DNA of 64,000 bases from Dehalococcoidia bacterium (GCA_965262725.1 OZ253555.1:224001-288000); one strand, 5' to 3'. Counted from the stretch's first letter, positions 38,581-49,444 are shown. Numbers and translations are program-made. The notes: a model not told the origin generated them from the letters alone.

Positions 38581-40161
38581 TCATCGTGGTGCTCCTGTCG
38601 GGGTCTGCGTGCGGGACTGGGCGAAGACGGAGCCCGAGCGGGCGAAGCGCCCCGGAGGCGGCGGCAGCTCGGGCTGGTCTGGGGTGCTCTCCTGGTCGAG
38701 GGCGCGGACGAGGATGCGCTCGAGGCGGCGCACGTCGATGAGGTCGACCTCGAGCGCGCGGCGGCAGGCGGCGTCGAGGCGGTCCGGGGAGTAGCGCTCG
38801 GCGAGGCGCAGCAGCTTGTGGCCCTGCCGCAGCTTCGCCCAGGGCAGGGAGCCCTCGAAGAGACGCTCGGCGTAGGCGCCCACGGCCTCCCCCAGCTCGG
38901 CGGCGCGGCGCTGTATCCAGTCGGGCGCCCGCCTGGTGTAGGGGGTGAGCTCGGCCGGGTAGTCGTTCGGGTCGGTGGCCCGGCCGCCCCGGCGCTGGCG
39001 CGGGTGGACCTTGATGAGCTGACCGCGGTGGTAGATGCGCACCAGCTTCGAGCCGAGCTGCACCTCGACCTTCTGGCGGGGCGGGCAGGCCGTGGACGGC
39101 ACCGAGTACAGGGCGTACTGGCAGGCGATGTGGTGGTCGGGATGGACCGTGGCGGTCCGCCAGTCGGGGACCTCGTAGGGCTCGCCGTCCCAGGGAGCGA
39201 GGAGAGGGAGCTCCTCCTCCCGGAAGACCTCGAGCGGGCGCCGGCGTGTCGTGCCGTGGATGCGCTGCCCCGCCACCTCCAGGCACCAGCTGCGGGCGGC
39301 GGAGCGCAGGTCGACGACGTCCCGGAAGTCGCCGCCCTTGAAGAGGCGCTCGCGCACGTAGGGGATGCTGCGCTCGACGCGCGGCTTGTCGCGGGGATGA
39401 CGCACGCGCGCGGGGTCGGTGATGAAGCCGCGGTGGCGGGCGTACTCGAGGAAGCCCCGCGTGAAGCGCGGGTGCAGCGCGTCGGCCCCGGCGACGGCGG
39501 CCGGGAAGTTATCGATGACGAGGTAGCGCGGCACGCCCCCGAAGAAGGCCCAGGCCTCCTCCAGGCCCTCGATCACAGCGTCCAGCTTCTGGCTGGTGGT
39601 GGGCCACACAAAGCAGTGGCGGGAGTAGCGCCAGACGACGACCAGCGCCCACACCGCGCGCCGGCGGCCGCTCTCGGGGTCCCGGATGAAGCCGAGGCGG
39701 CCGAAGTCCATCTCCGCCACCTCGCCCGGCGGCCCGTCGTCCATGCGCACGGTCGACGGCAGCCGGTGGCGCCAGCCGCGGCGCCGGATGAAACGCCGCA
39801 GCGTGGTGTAGGAGACCTCGCAGCCTCGTCCGGCGAGGAGCTCCTGGATGCGCGTCAGTTGCAGGCGGTCGGTCTCAAGCCAGCGCTCGATCCGCTCCGC
39901 CCAGGGCGAGAGCAGCTCCTCGCTCGGCGCCTCGACCTGCCGCGGGCCGGAGAGGCTCAGCGTCGCCAGCGCGGCGAGCTGCTCCTCACTCGGCTCGGGA
40001 CCGCCCGGCGTGAGGCCGGCCGCCTCGGCCGCCTCGACGTAGCGGCGCACCGTCACGCGCGATAGCCCCGTGCCGCTGGCGATGCGGCGCTGGCTGAGCC
40101 CCGCCTGCCAGCGTCGAATGATCTCCTGGATCTCCACCCCGTGTACCTCCCGGTAGGCCAT
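38581..40161 (-). CDS. istA: IS21 transposase
   Basis: HTH, PGEVAEMDFG, VIDN, PRDKPRVER. Confidence 0.95.
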   Translation of the reverse strand: MAYREVHGVEIQEIIRRWQAGLSQRRIASGTGLSRVTVRRYVEAAEAAGLTPGGPEPSEEQLAALATLSLSGPRQVEAPSEELLSPWAERIERWLETDRLQLTRIQELLAGRGCEVSYTTLRRFIRRRGWRHRLPSTVRMDDGPPGEVAEMDFGRLGFIRDPESGRRRAVWALVVVWRYSRHCFVWPTTSQKLDAVIEGLEEAWAFFGGVPRYLVIDNFPAAVAGADALHPRFTRGFLEYARHRGFITDPARVRHPRDKPRVERSIPYVRERLFKGGDFRDVVDLRSAARSWCLEVAGQRIHGTTRRRPLEVFREEELPLLAPWDGEPYEVPDWRTATVHPDHHIACQYALYSVPSTACPPRQKVEVQLGSKLVRIYHRGQLIKVHPRQRRGGRATDPNDYPAELTPYTRRAPDWIQRRAAELGEAVGAYAERLFEGSLPWAKLRQGHKLLRLAERYSPDRLDAACRRALEVDLIDVRRLERILVRALDQESTPDQPELPPPPGRFARSGSVFAQSRTQTPTGAPR

Positions 40162-40336
40162 CGCTGCTCCCTCCGCTGGGGATGCAGGCGATGGTGGCCG
40201 TACCGGCGACCCGGGCGGGCAGGAGTCCCTGACGGGGTGGATCAATGACCCTGGCGAAGTGGATCAATGACCCTGGCGATCTGGCGATTTCGTGGTCTAT
40301 AGACCTTGGCGATTCACACAAATGAACTCCTGCTAG

Positions 40337-41544
40337 GGCAAGTCTGATCAGGTGGGTCTAGCGACCCAGTTTCGCCGCGGTCAGGCGCTCTCAGGCGGAT
40401 TCCCGATGACAGTGGTCATATCCGCCCCCTCGCGGGCCCCTGTGGCTCCCCTCCTCGCCCCGTGTGGGGCGGGGAGGGCGCACTCCACCCACGGTCAGGC
40501 ACGGTGCGGCTTCGCGGTGAGCAGGTTGTGGAACCCCAGCAAGACCGCACACCGCTCGTGGTTCTTGAAGAGACCCCGGTACCGCACCTTGGCGTAGCCG
40601 AAGCGCCGCTTCACGCTGTAGAACGGGTGCTCCACCAGCGCTCGCACCGATGCCTTCCGCTTCTCCTCGACGGCCTCAGGACTCTCCGGGTCGAGCGCAC
40701 GCCGGAGGCCCGGGCGCATCGCCACGTTCCAGTCCTTGACCCTGGAGTCCGCGTTCTCGGGTCTCTTCTGCACGCCCCGGTACCCGGCGTCGCCGTAGAC
40801 CTCGGCTTCCTCGCCGTGCAGCAGGCGGTGCGTCTCAGACACGTCCGACACGTTCGCAGGCGTGGTCGTGAAGTTGTGGACCAGTCCAGTATCCCTGTCG
40901 GCGCCGATGTGCAGCTTCATCCCGAAGAACCACTGTTTCCCCTTCTTGGTCTGATGCATCTCCGGGTCCCGCGCCCGCCCGCGATTCTTCGTCGACGATG
41001 GCGCCGAGATGATGGTCGCATCCACGATGCTGCCCTCGCTCAGCTTCAATCCCTTGCTCGTGAGGTGCTCGTTGATGAGTTGGAGGATCCTGCTACCCAG
41101 GGAGTGGCGCTCGAGCAGGTGCCGGAAGTTGAGGATCGTCGTCTCGTCGGGGATGGGCTCGGAGAGCGTGAGGAAGCAAAAGGCTCGCACCGACTCGGCC
41201 TCGTGGAGCAGATCCTCCATGCCGGGGTCGCTGAGGTTGTAGCAGAGTTGCACGGTATGGATGCGCAGCATCACGGAGAGCGGGTAGGGCCTCCGCCCGC
41301 GGCCCGGTTTCGGGTAGTGGGGCTCGATGGCTGCTTCGAACCTCTGCCACGGGACGAGGCCATCCAGCCGTTCGAGGAACTTCTGGCGGCGCGTCTTGTA
41401 GCCATCCCGCTCGAACTCGACTCTCGCGAATGTCGGCTGATGCATGGCAGCGCTCCCCTTTCCCGGAGGAGTGCCATGATCGCATATAGTCATCGGAGTG
41501 TGCATGTGCTCCAGTAACGACGCGGCGACCTGTTCAGAGAACCC
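40337..41544 (-). mobile_element. IS5-family element
   Basis: Imperfect IRs GGCAAGTCTGATCAGGT / ACCTGTTCAGAGAACCC, each flanked by CTAG (4-bp TSD). Confidence 0.9.
40495..41445 (-). CDS. IS5 transposase
   Basis: IPDETTILNFRH, IVDATII, KKGKQWFFGMKLH, GDAGY, RALVEHPF. Confidence 0.95.
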   Translation of the reverse strand: MHQPTFARVEFERDGYKTRRQKFLERLDGLVPWQRFEAAIEPHYPKPGRGRRPYPLSVMLRIHTVQLCYNLSDPGMEDLLHEAESVRAFCFLTLSEPIPDETTILNFRHLLERHSLGSRILQLINEHLTSKGLKLSEGSIVDATIISAPSSTKNRGRARDPEMHQTKKGKQWFFGMKLHIGADRDTGLVHNFTTTPANVSDVSETHRLLHGEEAEVYGDAGYRGVQKRPENADSRVKDWNVAMRPGLRRALDPESPEAVEEKRKASVRALVEHPFYSVKRRFGYAKVRYRGLFKNHERCAVLLGFHNLLTAKPHRA

Positions 41545-41548
41545 CTAG

Positions 41549-42005
41549 GTCCGCCGATGCCACGCGGCTCACGAACCGGCTGCGCGACGCCCTCACCGGT
41601 CTCTCACCGGCCCTGGAGCGCGTACTGGGCCCCAAGCTCCACAAGGCGGGGGCACGGGACCTGCTCGCCCGCTACCCGACACCGCAGGCGCTGGCCACGG
41701 CGGGTCGCGGCCGCATCGCGCCGACGCTCCGGAAACGCTCGCCGCGCCTCGCGAAGGCGCTCACAGAGGCCGTCACCGAGGCCCTCGACGCCCAGACCGT
41801 GGTCGTACTCGGCTCGGTCGCGATGGGTCGGGTGATCGCTGAGGTCGCGACCGAGCTGGAGCGCACGCAGCAGCGGCGGGAGCGGCTCGGCGCGGAGATC
41901 GGGGAGCTCTTCGAGGCCCACCCTTTCGGCCTCATCCTCAGCTCCCTGCCGGGGGTCGGGCCGAGGACGGGGGCGCGGATGCTCACCGAGATCGGTGACA
42001 TCCCG
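41549..42005 (+). pseudogene. IS110-family transposase, internal fragment
   Basis: DATRLTNRLRDAL...LSSLPGVGPRTGARMLTEIGDI; DEDD N-terminus and catalytic C-terminus missing. Confidence 0.8.
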
Positions 42006-42269
42006 GGCCCTCATCGATCTCGCGGCGAGCACGTGCAGTCTTCACCTCCGCCGCCGCCACGCGCGCCGGGCCGCGGCGGTTAGGGGGAAGAGTGCCGGGG
42101 GGCGACCGAATTCCAGTCGACATCGCTGGTCGATCCACTCGAACGGAGGGTCCTCGTGTCGAATTCCGATCGATGTCGCTCAAGACGGGCCGCCGGAGAG
42201 TGCTCGGGTCCCGTCAAGCTCCGCCGGGCCGGTCGCACGGAGCGAACGTCCCGGACCAACGAGTGGGGC

Positions 42270-42372
42270 GGGATCGAAACAGTCCGTCCGGCGGCGTCGT
42301 GATCTCCCCGGAGGAATAGAGCTGGCCCTCCAGGCGGTCGCCGCAGCACTCGATGGAGCCGTCGGTCCTGAG
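42270..42372 (-). pseudogene. Orphan RCC1-like repeat unit
   Basis: LRTDGSIECCGD...TPPDGLF resembles the VRTDGS..CWG...TPPDG.F units of 57483-60293. Confidence 0.55.
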
Positions 42373-42470
42373 CCCCGCCGCCTGATGACGAACGATCTGA
42401 CAGCTCATGGAACCATCCGGACGCGGCGAGCGTATATCTTGGCAAGGAGGGTACCGGCGCACATCGACCA
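42373..42470. repeat. 98-bp repeat, copy 2
   Basis: Identical to 31905-32002, same orientation. Confidence 0.95.
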
Positions 42471-42681
42471 GCGGCGCTGACCCTACCCCACGACCCGCGG
42501 AGCGTGAGCGTGTGTGCCCGGCGACGGCTTCGCCCTGCGCTGTCAGGACGATGTCGCGACCCAGGTCTGGCCGGCGCGTGCCGCTCACGAACCGGAGCCG
42601 CGGCAGCCGCTGCGGAGCCGGCTTCTTCGGGATGCCCTGACCCGCGCAGCCAAGGAGGCTCACGTGCGACCACCACAGCGG

Positions 42682-44355
42682 ATGTACCGGATTCTCGCCG
42701 CCATCGCCGCGGTCTCGCTGCTGACGGCGGCGACGGTCGCCTGCAGCGGCGACGACGACGACAATGACGGTGGGAGCGCCAGTTCCGTGGCTACCGCGGC
42801 GGCGGGCGTCGAAGCCCTGCGGTCTTCCGGGAGCGCCGGGCGAGCGACCGCTGTGACCGCGGCGGCCACAGCAGCCCCGCTAGCAGCCGCAGTAGCCGAA
42901 CCGCCTCGGCGCGCCGAGCCACCGGAGACGACGTTCAGGAACTACGGGCGAACGCCGTTCGCCGATACCTCCACGGACGCCGTCTCCACGTTCAGCCTCG
43001 ACACCGACCGCACGTCGTACTTCCTCGCCCTGACGTGGGCCCAGAACGGCTACACGGTCGAGCCCGACTCCGTGCGGGCGGAGGAGTGGGTCAACGCCTT
43101 CGACTATGGGTACAACCCGCCCCGCTACGACGACAGCTTCGCCATCACGAGCGATGTGGTGGGGCACCCCCTCGGAGGAGGCCGGCATCTCGCCCGCATC
43201 GCCTTCCAGGCGCCCACGGTGCCGGACGACACGCCGGTCAACGTGACGCTCGTGCTCGACGCCTCCGGCTCGATGCGGGACGGCAACCGCGTCGCCATCG
43301 CCCGGGAGGCGGCGGAGGCCATCCGCCAGAGCCTCAGCCCTCGTGACCGCATCGCCGTGGTCCACTTCACGACCGAGGTGCTGAACCAGTACACCGTCGA
43401 GCACCGCCGGCCCGACGACGGCGATGTCGCGCGGTCGATAGGGCGGCTCGCGCCGCACGACAGCACGAACGTGCAGGCCGGGCTCGACCTCGGCGTCCAG
43501 CTCGCGAGCGAGGCCCGCCGGGAGCGTCCCGACGCCTACAACTACATCATCCTGATGTCCGACGGCGTCGCGAACGTCGACGCCACCAATCCCTTCGCCA
43601 TCCTCGAGTCCTCGCCCGACGCGGACTCCCGCAACCCGCTGCGGCTCATCACCGTCGGAGTGGGCATCGCCAACTACAACGACTACCTGCTCGAGCAGCT
43701 GGCCCAGCACGGCAACGGCTGGTACCGCTACCTCGATGACACCACCCAGGCGCGTCAGACGTTCAGCCGCGAGAACTGGATCGCCCTCTCGACCCCCTTC
43801 GCCGACCAGGCCCGCGCCCAGGTGATCTGGGATCCGGCGCGGGTCAGCTCCTGGCGCATCGTCGGCTACGAGAACCGCATTACCCCCGATCACACCTTCG
43901 AGCAGAACCGGAGGGAGTTCGCCGAGCTGCCGTCCGGGGTGGCCACGACGGTGTTCTACGAGCTGGTTCTCCACGACGAGGGCCGAGGACGCTCGCAGCC
44001 GCTGGGCACTGTCGAGGTGCGGTGGGTCGATCCCGCATCCGGGACCTCGCTCACGCAGTCGTCGGTGGTGGCGGGCCGCACGGACGTCCCCTTCGACGCC
44101 GGAGACCGCCATCTCCGCCTGGGGGCGATCGTGGCGCTCGCCGCGGACCGCTACAGCGCGCTGTCGCCGCAGCTCGAGAGTTCCGCCGTCGATCTCGGCG
44201 GCATCGCCTCCGACCTGTCCGCACTGCGAGCCGAGCTGGGGGTGCTCGAGGAGCGGCTGGGCTCGGCACCGGCCTACCGCGACTTCCGCTTCCTCCTGGA
44301 CCAGCTGGCGGCGGCGGCGGAAGAGCAAGCGCCATCGTCGGGCTACAGCCGGTGA
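42682..44355 (+). CDS. vWA-domain lipoprotein (YfbK-like)
   Basis: TVAC lipobox; STFSLDTD..SY, VRAEEWVNAF, MIDAS DASGS, MSDG, RIVGYENR. Confidence 0.9.
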   Translation: MYRILAAIAAVSLLTAATVACSGDDDDNDGGSASSVATAAAGVEALRSSGSAGRATAVTAAATAAPLAAAVAEPPRRAEPPETTFRNYGRTPFADTSTDAVSTFSLDTDRTSYFLALTWAQNGYTVEPDSVRAEEWVNAFDYGYNPPRYDDSFAITSDVVGHPLGGGRHLARIAFQAPTVPDDTPVNVTLVLDASGSMRDGNRVAIAREAAEAIRQSLSPRDRIAVVHFTTEVLNQYTVEHRRPDDGDVARSIGRLAPHDSTNVQAGLDLGVQLASEARRERPDAYNYIILMSDGVANVDATNPFAILESSPDADSRNPLRLITVGVGIANYNDYLLEQLAQHGNGWYRYLDDTTQARQTFSRENWIALSTPFADQARAQVIWDPARVSSWRIVGYENRITPDHTFEQNRREFAELPSGVATTVFYELVLHDEGRGRSQPLGTVEVRWVDPASGTSLTQSSVVAGRTDVPFDAGDRHLRLGAIVALAADRYSALSPQLESSAVDLGGIASDLSALRAELGVLEERLGSAPAYRDFRFLLDQLAAAAEEQAPSSGYSR

Positions 44356-44476
44356 CCGGTTCCCCCGGGCGGAGCTAGACGCATGTGCGTGATGCCGGCC
44401 GCGGCGTGCAACACCCCGCAGCGCCGCGGCCGGCATCGCTCATCGGATCCCGCCGGCGAGGCAGAGCGGTCCGCTG

Positions 44477-46545
44477 GTGCCACGGCGTAACACCCTGCGG
44501 AAGCTGACCGTCGTGGCGATGGCCCTCGTGCTCGGCCTCATCGCGGTTTCGGGGACGGTTCCCCTGGCGCTGGACGATGGATTCCACAGCCAGCGGCGCC
44601 TCCGCTACGGCGACATCAACCTCAACACCGCGCCGCCCCAGGAAGACTCCTCCCTGCCCGAGGACGGCGTCGTGTCGCTGGCGGGACGTGCCGGTGACCA
44701 CGGGTACCGGGACGGAGGCGGCGACGAGGCGGGCTTCGGGTGGCGCCCCGAAGCGTCGATGGGAATGGCCGTCGACCGTGATGGAAGCGTGGTCGTGGCG
44801 GATTTCCGCAACGGGGCGATCCGCCGCATCTCGCCCGACGGGACCGTCACGACCATCGTGGGGGGAAACGGGTTTGGTTCACGCGATGGCCCCGCGGAGA
44901 CCGCTCAGTTTGACGGACCGACCGACGTGGTCGTCGATCCGGAGGGAGCCATCTACGTCGCCGACTGCTGGGCCGACCGCATCCGGAAGATCACCCCCGA
45001 CGGGATGGTGACGACCGTCGCCGGGTTCACCCAACCCGGCAGTCCGCCGCACCACCGCGATGGCCGCGCCGAGGACGCCGTCTTCATCTCGCCCTGCGGG
45101 CTTGCACTCGGTCCTGACGGCGACCTCTACATCATCGAGCAAATCCGGGTCCGGCGGCTCTCGCCCTCGGGGTGGGTCACCACGTTTGCCGGGGGACGAG
45201 GCCAGGTCTATCGGGACGGCCCGCGAGACCACGCGCAGTCCGGCGCCCTGCAGGACATCGACGTGGACGCCGAGGGCAACGTCTACGTGATCGACGCGAA
45301 CAAATACGTGCCCGGCAGGGACGGGATCCACTACGCCGTTCGCAGGATCGCTACGAGCGGCTGGGTCTCCACGCTCTACCGGAACGGCCCGCCACGCTCC
45401 GGCGGCGTGCTGGCTTACCCCCGGGGGATCGCGGTCACACCCGGCGGCGAGGTGTACGTCACGAACACCGGGCGCAACCAGATCGTGCGGGTCGACGGAC
45501 GCGACAGGCTGGTGGCGGTGGCCGGCACGGGCGACGACGGCTACCGCGACGGCCCCCGCGATCAGGCGCGCCTGAGCCTGCCGGGAGCGCTCGCCATCGC
45601 CCCCGGCGGCGCACTCGTCGTGGTCGAATCAGGGCGACAGCATGGTTCGTGTCGTGAACCCGGATGCCGACGGGAGCTTCACAGGCGTGAAGCAGGCCGT
45701 GATTCCCGATGTCCCGCGGCTTGAGGGTGTGCGCGTCGGCCGGGTGAACGAGCCCGGCGGGATCCTGAACTATCCCCACGGCATCGCGCTGGACGCCGAT
45801 GGACGCATCATCGTCGCTGACACGGGACACCACGCGATTCGACGCATCACGCCGGAGGGGGCCATGCAAACCGTGGCGGGCGGCGCCGGCGAGGGGAGCC
45901 GCAACGGTCCCCGCGATCAGGCGCAGTTCTCCTGGCCCAGCAGTGTTGCCGTGGACCCTCGTGACGTGGTCTATGTGGCGGACACCGGGAACGACGGTCG
46001 GTGGCCGGGAGCAACCCTTCACCAACCCCCGGGGGCTGGCCTTCGATCCGGAGGGCAACCTGCTGTTCGCCCAGCACAACAGGGGGAACATCCTCCGCCT
46101 CTCGGTCGACGGCGAGGTCTCGATCGTTGTGGACGAGGGCAACGACTTCATGGGGGGGCTCGCAGTCGATGACGAGGGGACCGTGTTCTACGCGATCCAC
46201 AAGCTCCCCGCGACCTCCATCCGGAAGGTCGACAGAGACGGCATCGTCTCCACGGTGTTCGAAGATCGTCCCGGGAGGTACGGCGGCATCTTCTCGGACA
46301 ACGTGCCCGGCCTGGCCGTGGCAGCCGACGGGACGCTCTACGCCGTCGACTGGCAGTTCGGCCGGGTCGTCCGGATCTCCCCCGGCGGGGAGGCCGCGAT
46401 CGTTGTCGGGCGGGACTCGTTCCACGATTCCGGGCACTTCCAGCCGACGGCGATCCTCGTGACCCCGGAAGGCGACCTGCTCGTCCTGGACTCGGGCAGG
46501 AGAGTCATCTGGGAGATCACGCTCGGGAACGAGGAAGAAGACTAG
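44477..46545 (+). pseudogene. Secreted NHL-repeat protein broken into three frames
   Basis: NHL motifs (AVD.DG...VAD..N..IR.I.PDG.V.T.AG) continue across shifts at ~45628 and ~45995. Confidence 0.8.
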
Positions 46546-46689
46546 CCCCGCTGTTGCGGAGATCGAGTAGAGACAAGACGGGCGGCGTCTTCCGGCACCG
46601 GGTCGGTGAGCGGAGGCGAAACGGACGGTGCGCCGTCGACCGCGAGCGTCGGAGAGACCTGTCCCCTCCTTGAGAGGGGCCTGCGTCGA

Positions 46690-46850
46690 GCGGCCGGCCG
46701 AGGTAACTCGAGACGGCCGAGTCGAGCTCGGAAGCAGATGCGGAGACCTGGCTCCTGCAGATGCCCTCGCAGCCGAGGGAGCGCACCAGGTCGTCGACGC
46801 GGCGGGTGGAGACCCCCTCCACGTAGGCCTGCTGCACGACCGACAGGAAG
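46690..46850 (-). mobile_element. IS256 transposase fragment
   Basis: VVQQAYVEGVSTRRVDDLVRSLGCEGI. Confidence 0.8.
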
Positions 46851-46860
46851 GGCGCGACGG

Positions 46861-47271
46861 CTACTCCGGGCTGAGACCCACGACCAGGTCGCGCAGCGTG
46901 ACCAGGCCGCGGGGCGCCCCGGCGTCATCGACCACCAGCGCGCGAGAGGCGCCAAGTCGCACCAGCAGCCGCACCGCGTAGCGCGCTAGCATTCCCGAGC
47001 GCACCGCCAGCGCAGGCTTCGTCATGACCTCGTAGACATTGACCCGCTCCGGTGCGCGGTCGCGCGCGATCACCTCCTGCGCCAGGTCGTTCACCGTGAT
47101 CAGTCCCAGCTCGTCGTCGTCGTGGCGCCGGTTGACCACCAGCGAGCTGATCTGCAGCCGCTTCATCGTCGCCATGGCCTCGGCCACCGTCGCCAGTCCG
47201 TCGATGGCGTGCACCTCCGACCCCATGATGTCCGACACGCGTATCGCCCTCTTGTCGCCCTGATCGGTCAT
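46861..47271 (-). CDS. CBS-domain protein
   Basis: VSDIM...LGLITVNDL...VYEVMTKP...GLVTLRDL. Confidence 0.9.
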   Translation of the reverse strand: MTDQGDKRAIRVSDIMGSEVHAIDGLATVAEAMATMKRLQISSLVVNRRHDDDELGLITVNDLAQEVIARDRAPERVNVYEVMTKPALAVRSGMLARYAVRLLVRLGASRALVVDDAGAPRGLVTLRDLVVGLSPE

Positions 47272-47618
47272 AGCGCGCCTTCCAGCTCCGCCATGAGCGT
47301 GGGCAACTGCGTCGAGAGGCCGACGGCGTCCTCGATGGTGAGCTGAAAGGCGACGCCGGCGCCGTGCTCTCGGTCCATGCCGCCGGCCGCCGCGAGGCGC
47401 TCCAGGATGTCGCGGGCCCGCGGCTCCGCCACGAGAAAGAGCACGACGTCCCGGCTCGCCGCCAGGTCCAGCCCGAGAAAGGTCTTTGCCGGCTTCAGCC
47501 CCTCGCCACGCACACTGCTGATGATGGTGGCGCCGGTCGCGCCGCCCGCCCGAGCGGCATCGATGATGTGGTTCGTCTTCTCGTTGCTCACCAGCGCGAC
47601 GACCAGCGCCATCTTCAT
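47268..47618 (-). CDS. P-II family signalling protein
   Basis: AARAGGATGATII...RGEG...G.GVAFQLTIEDAVGL. Confidence 0.88.
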   Translation of the reverse strand: MKMALVVALVSNEKTNHIIDAARAGGATGATIISSVRGEGLKPAKTFLGLDLAASRDVVLFLVAEPRARDILERLAAAGGMDREHGAGVAFQLTIEDAVGLSTQLPTLMAELEGAL

Positions 47619-48403
47619 GATTCGACCTCCTGGCGTTCGCTCCGGGTGCGCCAGCGTCCGACCCGCCCGGCGACGATGGCGTAACCTAGCACCGACATGA
47701 TGGGAAAGACACTGGCGAAGGCGATCAGCCCAAATCCGTCGATGAGCGGGCTGCGCCCCGGGACGTTGGCGGCGAGGCCCAGCCCCAGCGCCGCCAACAC
47801 CGGCACCGTGACGGTCGAGGTGGTGACACCCCCGCTGTCGTAGGCCAGCGGGATGATGGTGCGGCTGCTCGCGTACGTCTGCACGATGACGACGACGTAG
47901 GCTGCCACGATGTACCACGGCAGCGGCGTGCCCGTCACGATGCGGAAGCACCCCAGCGACACCCCGACGGCCACGCCCACCGCCACGGCGATGCGGAGCC
48001 CCCAGGCGTTCACCGCGTGGCCCGACACCTCCTCGGCCTTCAGCGCCACGGCGATGAGGGCCGGCTCGGCCACCGTCGTCGCAAAGCCGATGGACGCCGC
48101 GAAGAGATAGACGACCCAATAGTCCTCCCACCGCACCGCGCCCGCCAGCGCCGACGCCCCTGCCGTCTCCGTGAGTTGCCGCGCCATCGTCTCGCCGATC
48201 GGGAACAGCGCCTGCTCCAGCCCGATGAGGAACAGCGCCAGCCCCAGCAGCACCATGACCGACCCGGTGGCGATGCCCCCGATGTTGGGCAGGCTGCGCC
48301 GCAGCACCCCCACCTGGAACACCACCAGGATGACGACGATGGGCGTCACGTCCCGCAGCGTGTACAGCAGGGTGTCGCCGAAGCGCGCCAGGAACTCCAG
48401 CAT
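47615..48403 (-). CDS. DUF1538 membrane protein
   Basis: [36 protein letters not shown]. Confidence 0.9.
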   Translation of the reverse strand: MLEFLARFGDTLLYTLRDVTPIVVILVVFQVGVLRRSLPNIGGIATGSVMVLLGLALFLIGLEQALFPIGETMARQLTETAGASALAGAVRWEDYWVVYLFAASIGFATTVAEPALIAVALKAEEVSGHAVNAWGLRIAVAVGVAVGVSLGCFRIVTGTPLPWYIVAAYVVVIVQTYASSRTIIPLAYDSGGVTTSTVTVPVLAALGLGLAANVPGRSPLIDGFGLIAFASVFPIMSVLGYAIVAGRVGRWRTRSERQEVES

Positions 48404-49164
48404 CACGCCACCATCCCGTAGCCCAGCACGCAGATCATGGGGCTGAGGCTGGCGAAGGCGATCAGCCCGAAGCCGTCGAGCATCGGGTTGCGCCCCCGGA
48501 TGGTGGAGGCGAGACCCACCCCCAGCGCGGTGACCAGGGGCACCGTGATCGTGCTGGTCGTCACGCCCCCCGAGTCGTAGGCCACCCCCACAATCTCCTC
48601 GGGCGCGAACAGGGTCATCACCATGACCAGCACGTAGCCACTGATGATGAAGCGGTGAATGGGCCACCCCTTCAGGATGCGCAGCACCCCGAGAACGATG
48701 GCGAGGCCGACGGCGACGGCCACCACCCCGCGCAGCTCAAGGGCGTACCGGTCCCGGGCAGCCTGGCTGCCACCGATGAAGTCCGCCTCCGCCGCCACGT
48801 CAGCCGCCTCGGCCGCCACGGCGACGAGCGCCGGCTCCGCCACAGTGGTGCCGAAGCCGAGACAGAACGCCAGCCCCAGCAGCGCCGTTGCGCTCCCCTT
48901 GCGCGCCATCCCATGGGCCAGCGCCTCGCCCAGCGGGAACAGTCCGCTCTGCAGCCCCTGGACGAACAGCGCCAGCCCCAGGACCACGCACACCAGCCCG
49001 ACGACCACGTTGGCGATGTCGGGAAAGGGCTGTCGGAGGACGACGACCTGGAAGAAGGCGATGACAGCAAAAATGGGTGCCAGATCTCGCAGCGCGCCCA
49101 GAGTCTGCTTCCCCATGGCTAGCGCGAAACCAGGCAAGCCAGACTCCTCGCGTGTGTATTGCAC
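48403..49164 (-). CDS. DUF1538 membrane protein (paralog)
   Basis: Same motifs; start uncertain (49164 or 49116). Confidence 0.88.
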   Translation of the reverse strand: MQYTREESGLPGFALAMGKQTLGALRDLAPIFAVIAFFQVVVLRQPFPDIANVVVGLVCVVLGLALFVQGLQSGLFPLGEALAHGMARKGSATALLGLAFCLGFGTTVAEPALVAVAAEAADVAAEADFIGGSQAARDRYALELRGVVAVAVGLAIVLGVLRILKGWPIHRFIISGYVLVMVMTLFAPEEIVGVAYDSGGVTTSTITVPLVTALGVGLASTIRGRNPMLDGFGLIAFASLSPMICVLGYGMVA

Positions 49165-49179
49165 GGGGGATTGTGCATC

Positions 49180-49437
49180 ATGCGAACGACGATCTCACTC
49201 GATGAGCGGCTTGCGAGGCAGGTGTGGCGGGCCGCCGCCGCGCAGGGCATCAGCATGAGCTCCTTCATCGCCCGAACGCTGGACGATGCCATGAAGCGGC
49301 GCGAGCCGGCGGAGCGGCCGCCGTTCCAGCTGGTGACGGTGCGCGGCGTTCGTTCCCGCGCCGGCGGTGACCTCGACCGGCCCCGGGCACTCGATGCACG
49401 GGAGGACCAGGCCCGCTTTCCCGCAGAGGGCCGGTGA
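49180..49437 (+). CDS. VapB/CopG-type antitoxin
   Basis: [12 protein letters not shown]...[16 protein letters not shown]. Confidence 0.8.
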   Translation: MRTTISLDERLARQVWRAAAAQGISMSSFIARTLDDAMKRREPAERPPFQLVTVRGVRSRAGGDLDRPRALDAREDQARFPAEGR

Positions 49438-49444
49438 GCCCGGA

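Larger units (their letters stand above)
36381..38584 (-). pseudogene. istB: IS21 helper ATPase split by IS256
   Basis: N-terminus MTATTSDLRPLLKRLKLG..LPERI at 38584-38500; remainder (GPVGVGKS, LILDDLG) at 37078-36381. Confidence 0.92.
36285..40318 (-). mobile_element. IS21-family element (copy B) with nested IS256
   Basis: Ends TGTCGATCGCCAGGGTC / GACCTTGGCGATTCACA; internal GTGGATCAATGACCCTGGCGA repeats; 5-bp TSD CAAAT (36280-36284, 40319-40323). Confidence 0.93.

Noticed and set aside
41549-42260. Active IS110 with bridge RNA
   Set aside because: The transposase lacks both catalytic ends, and I could not identify element ends or a structured RNA
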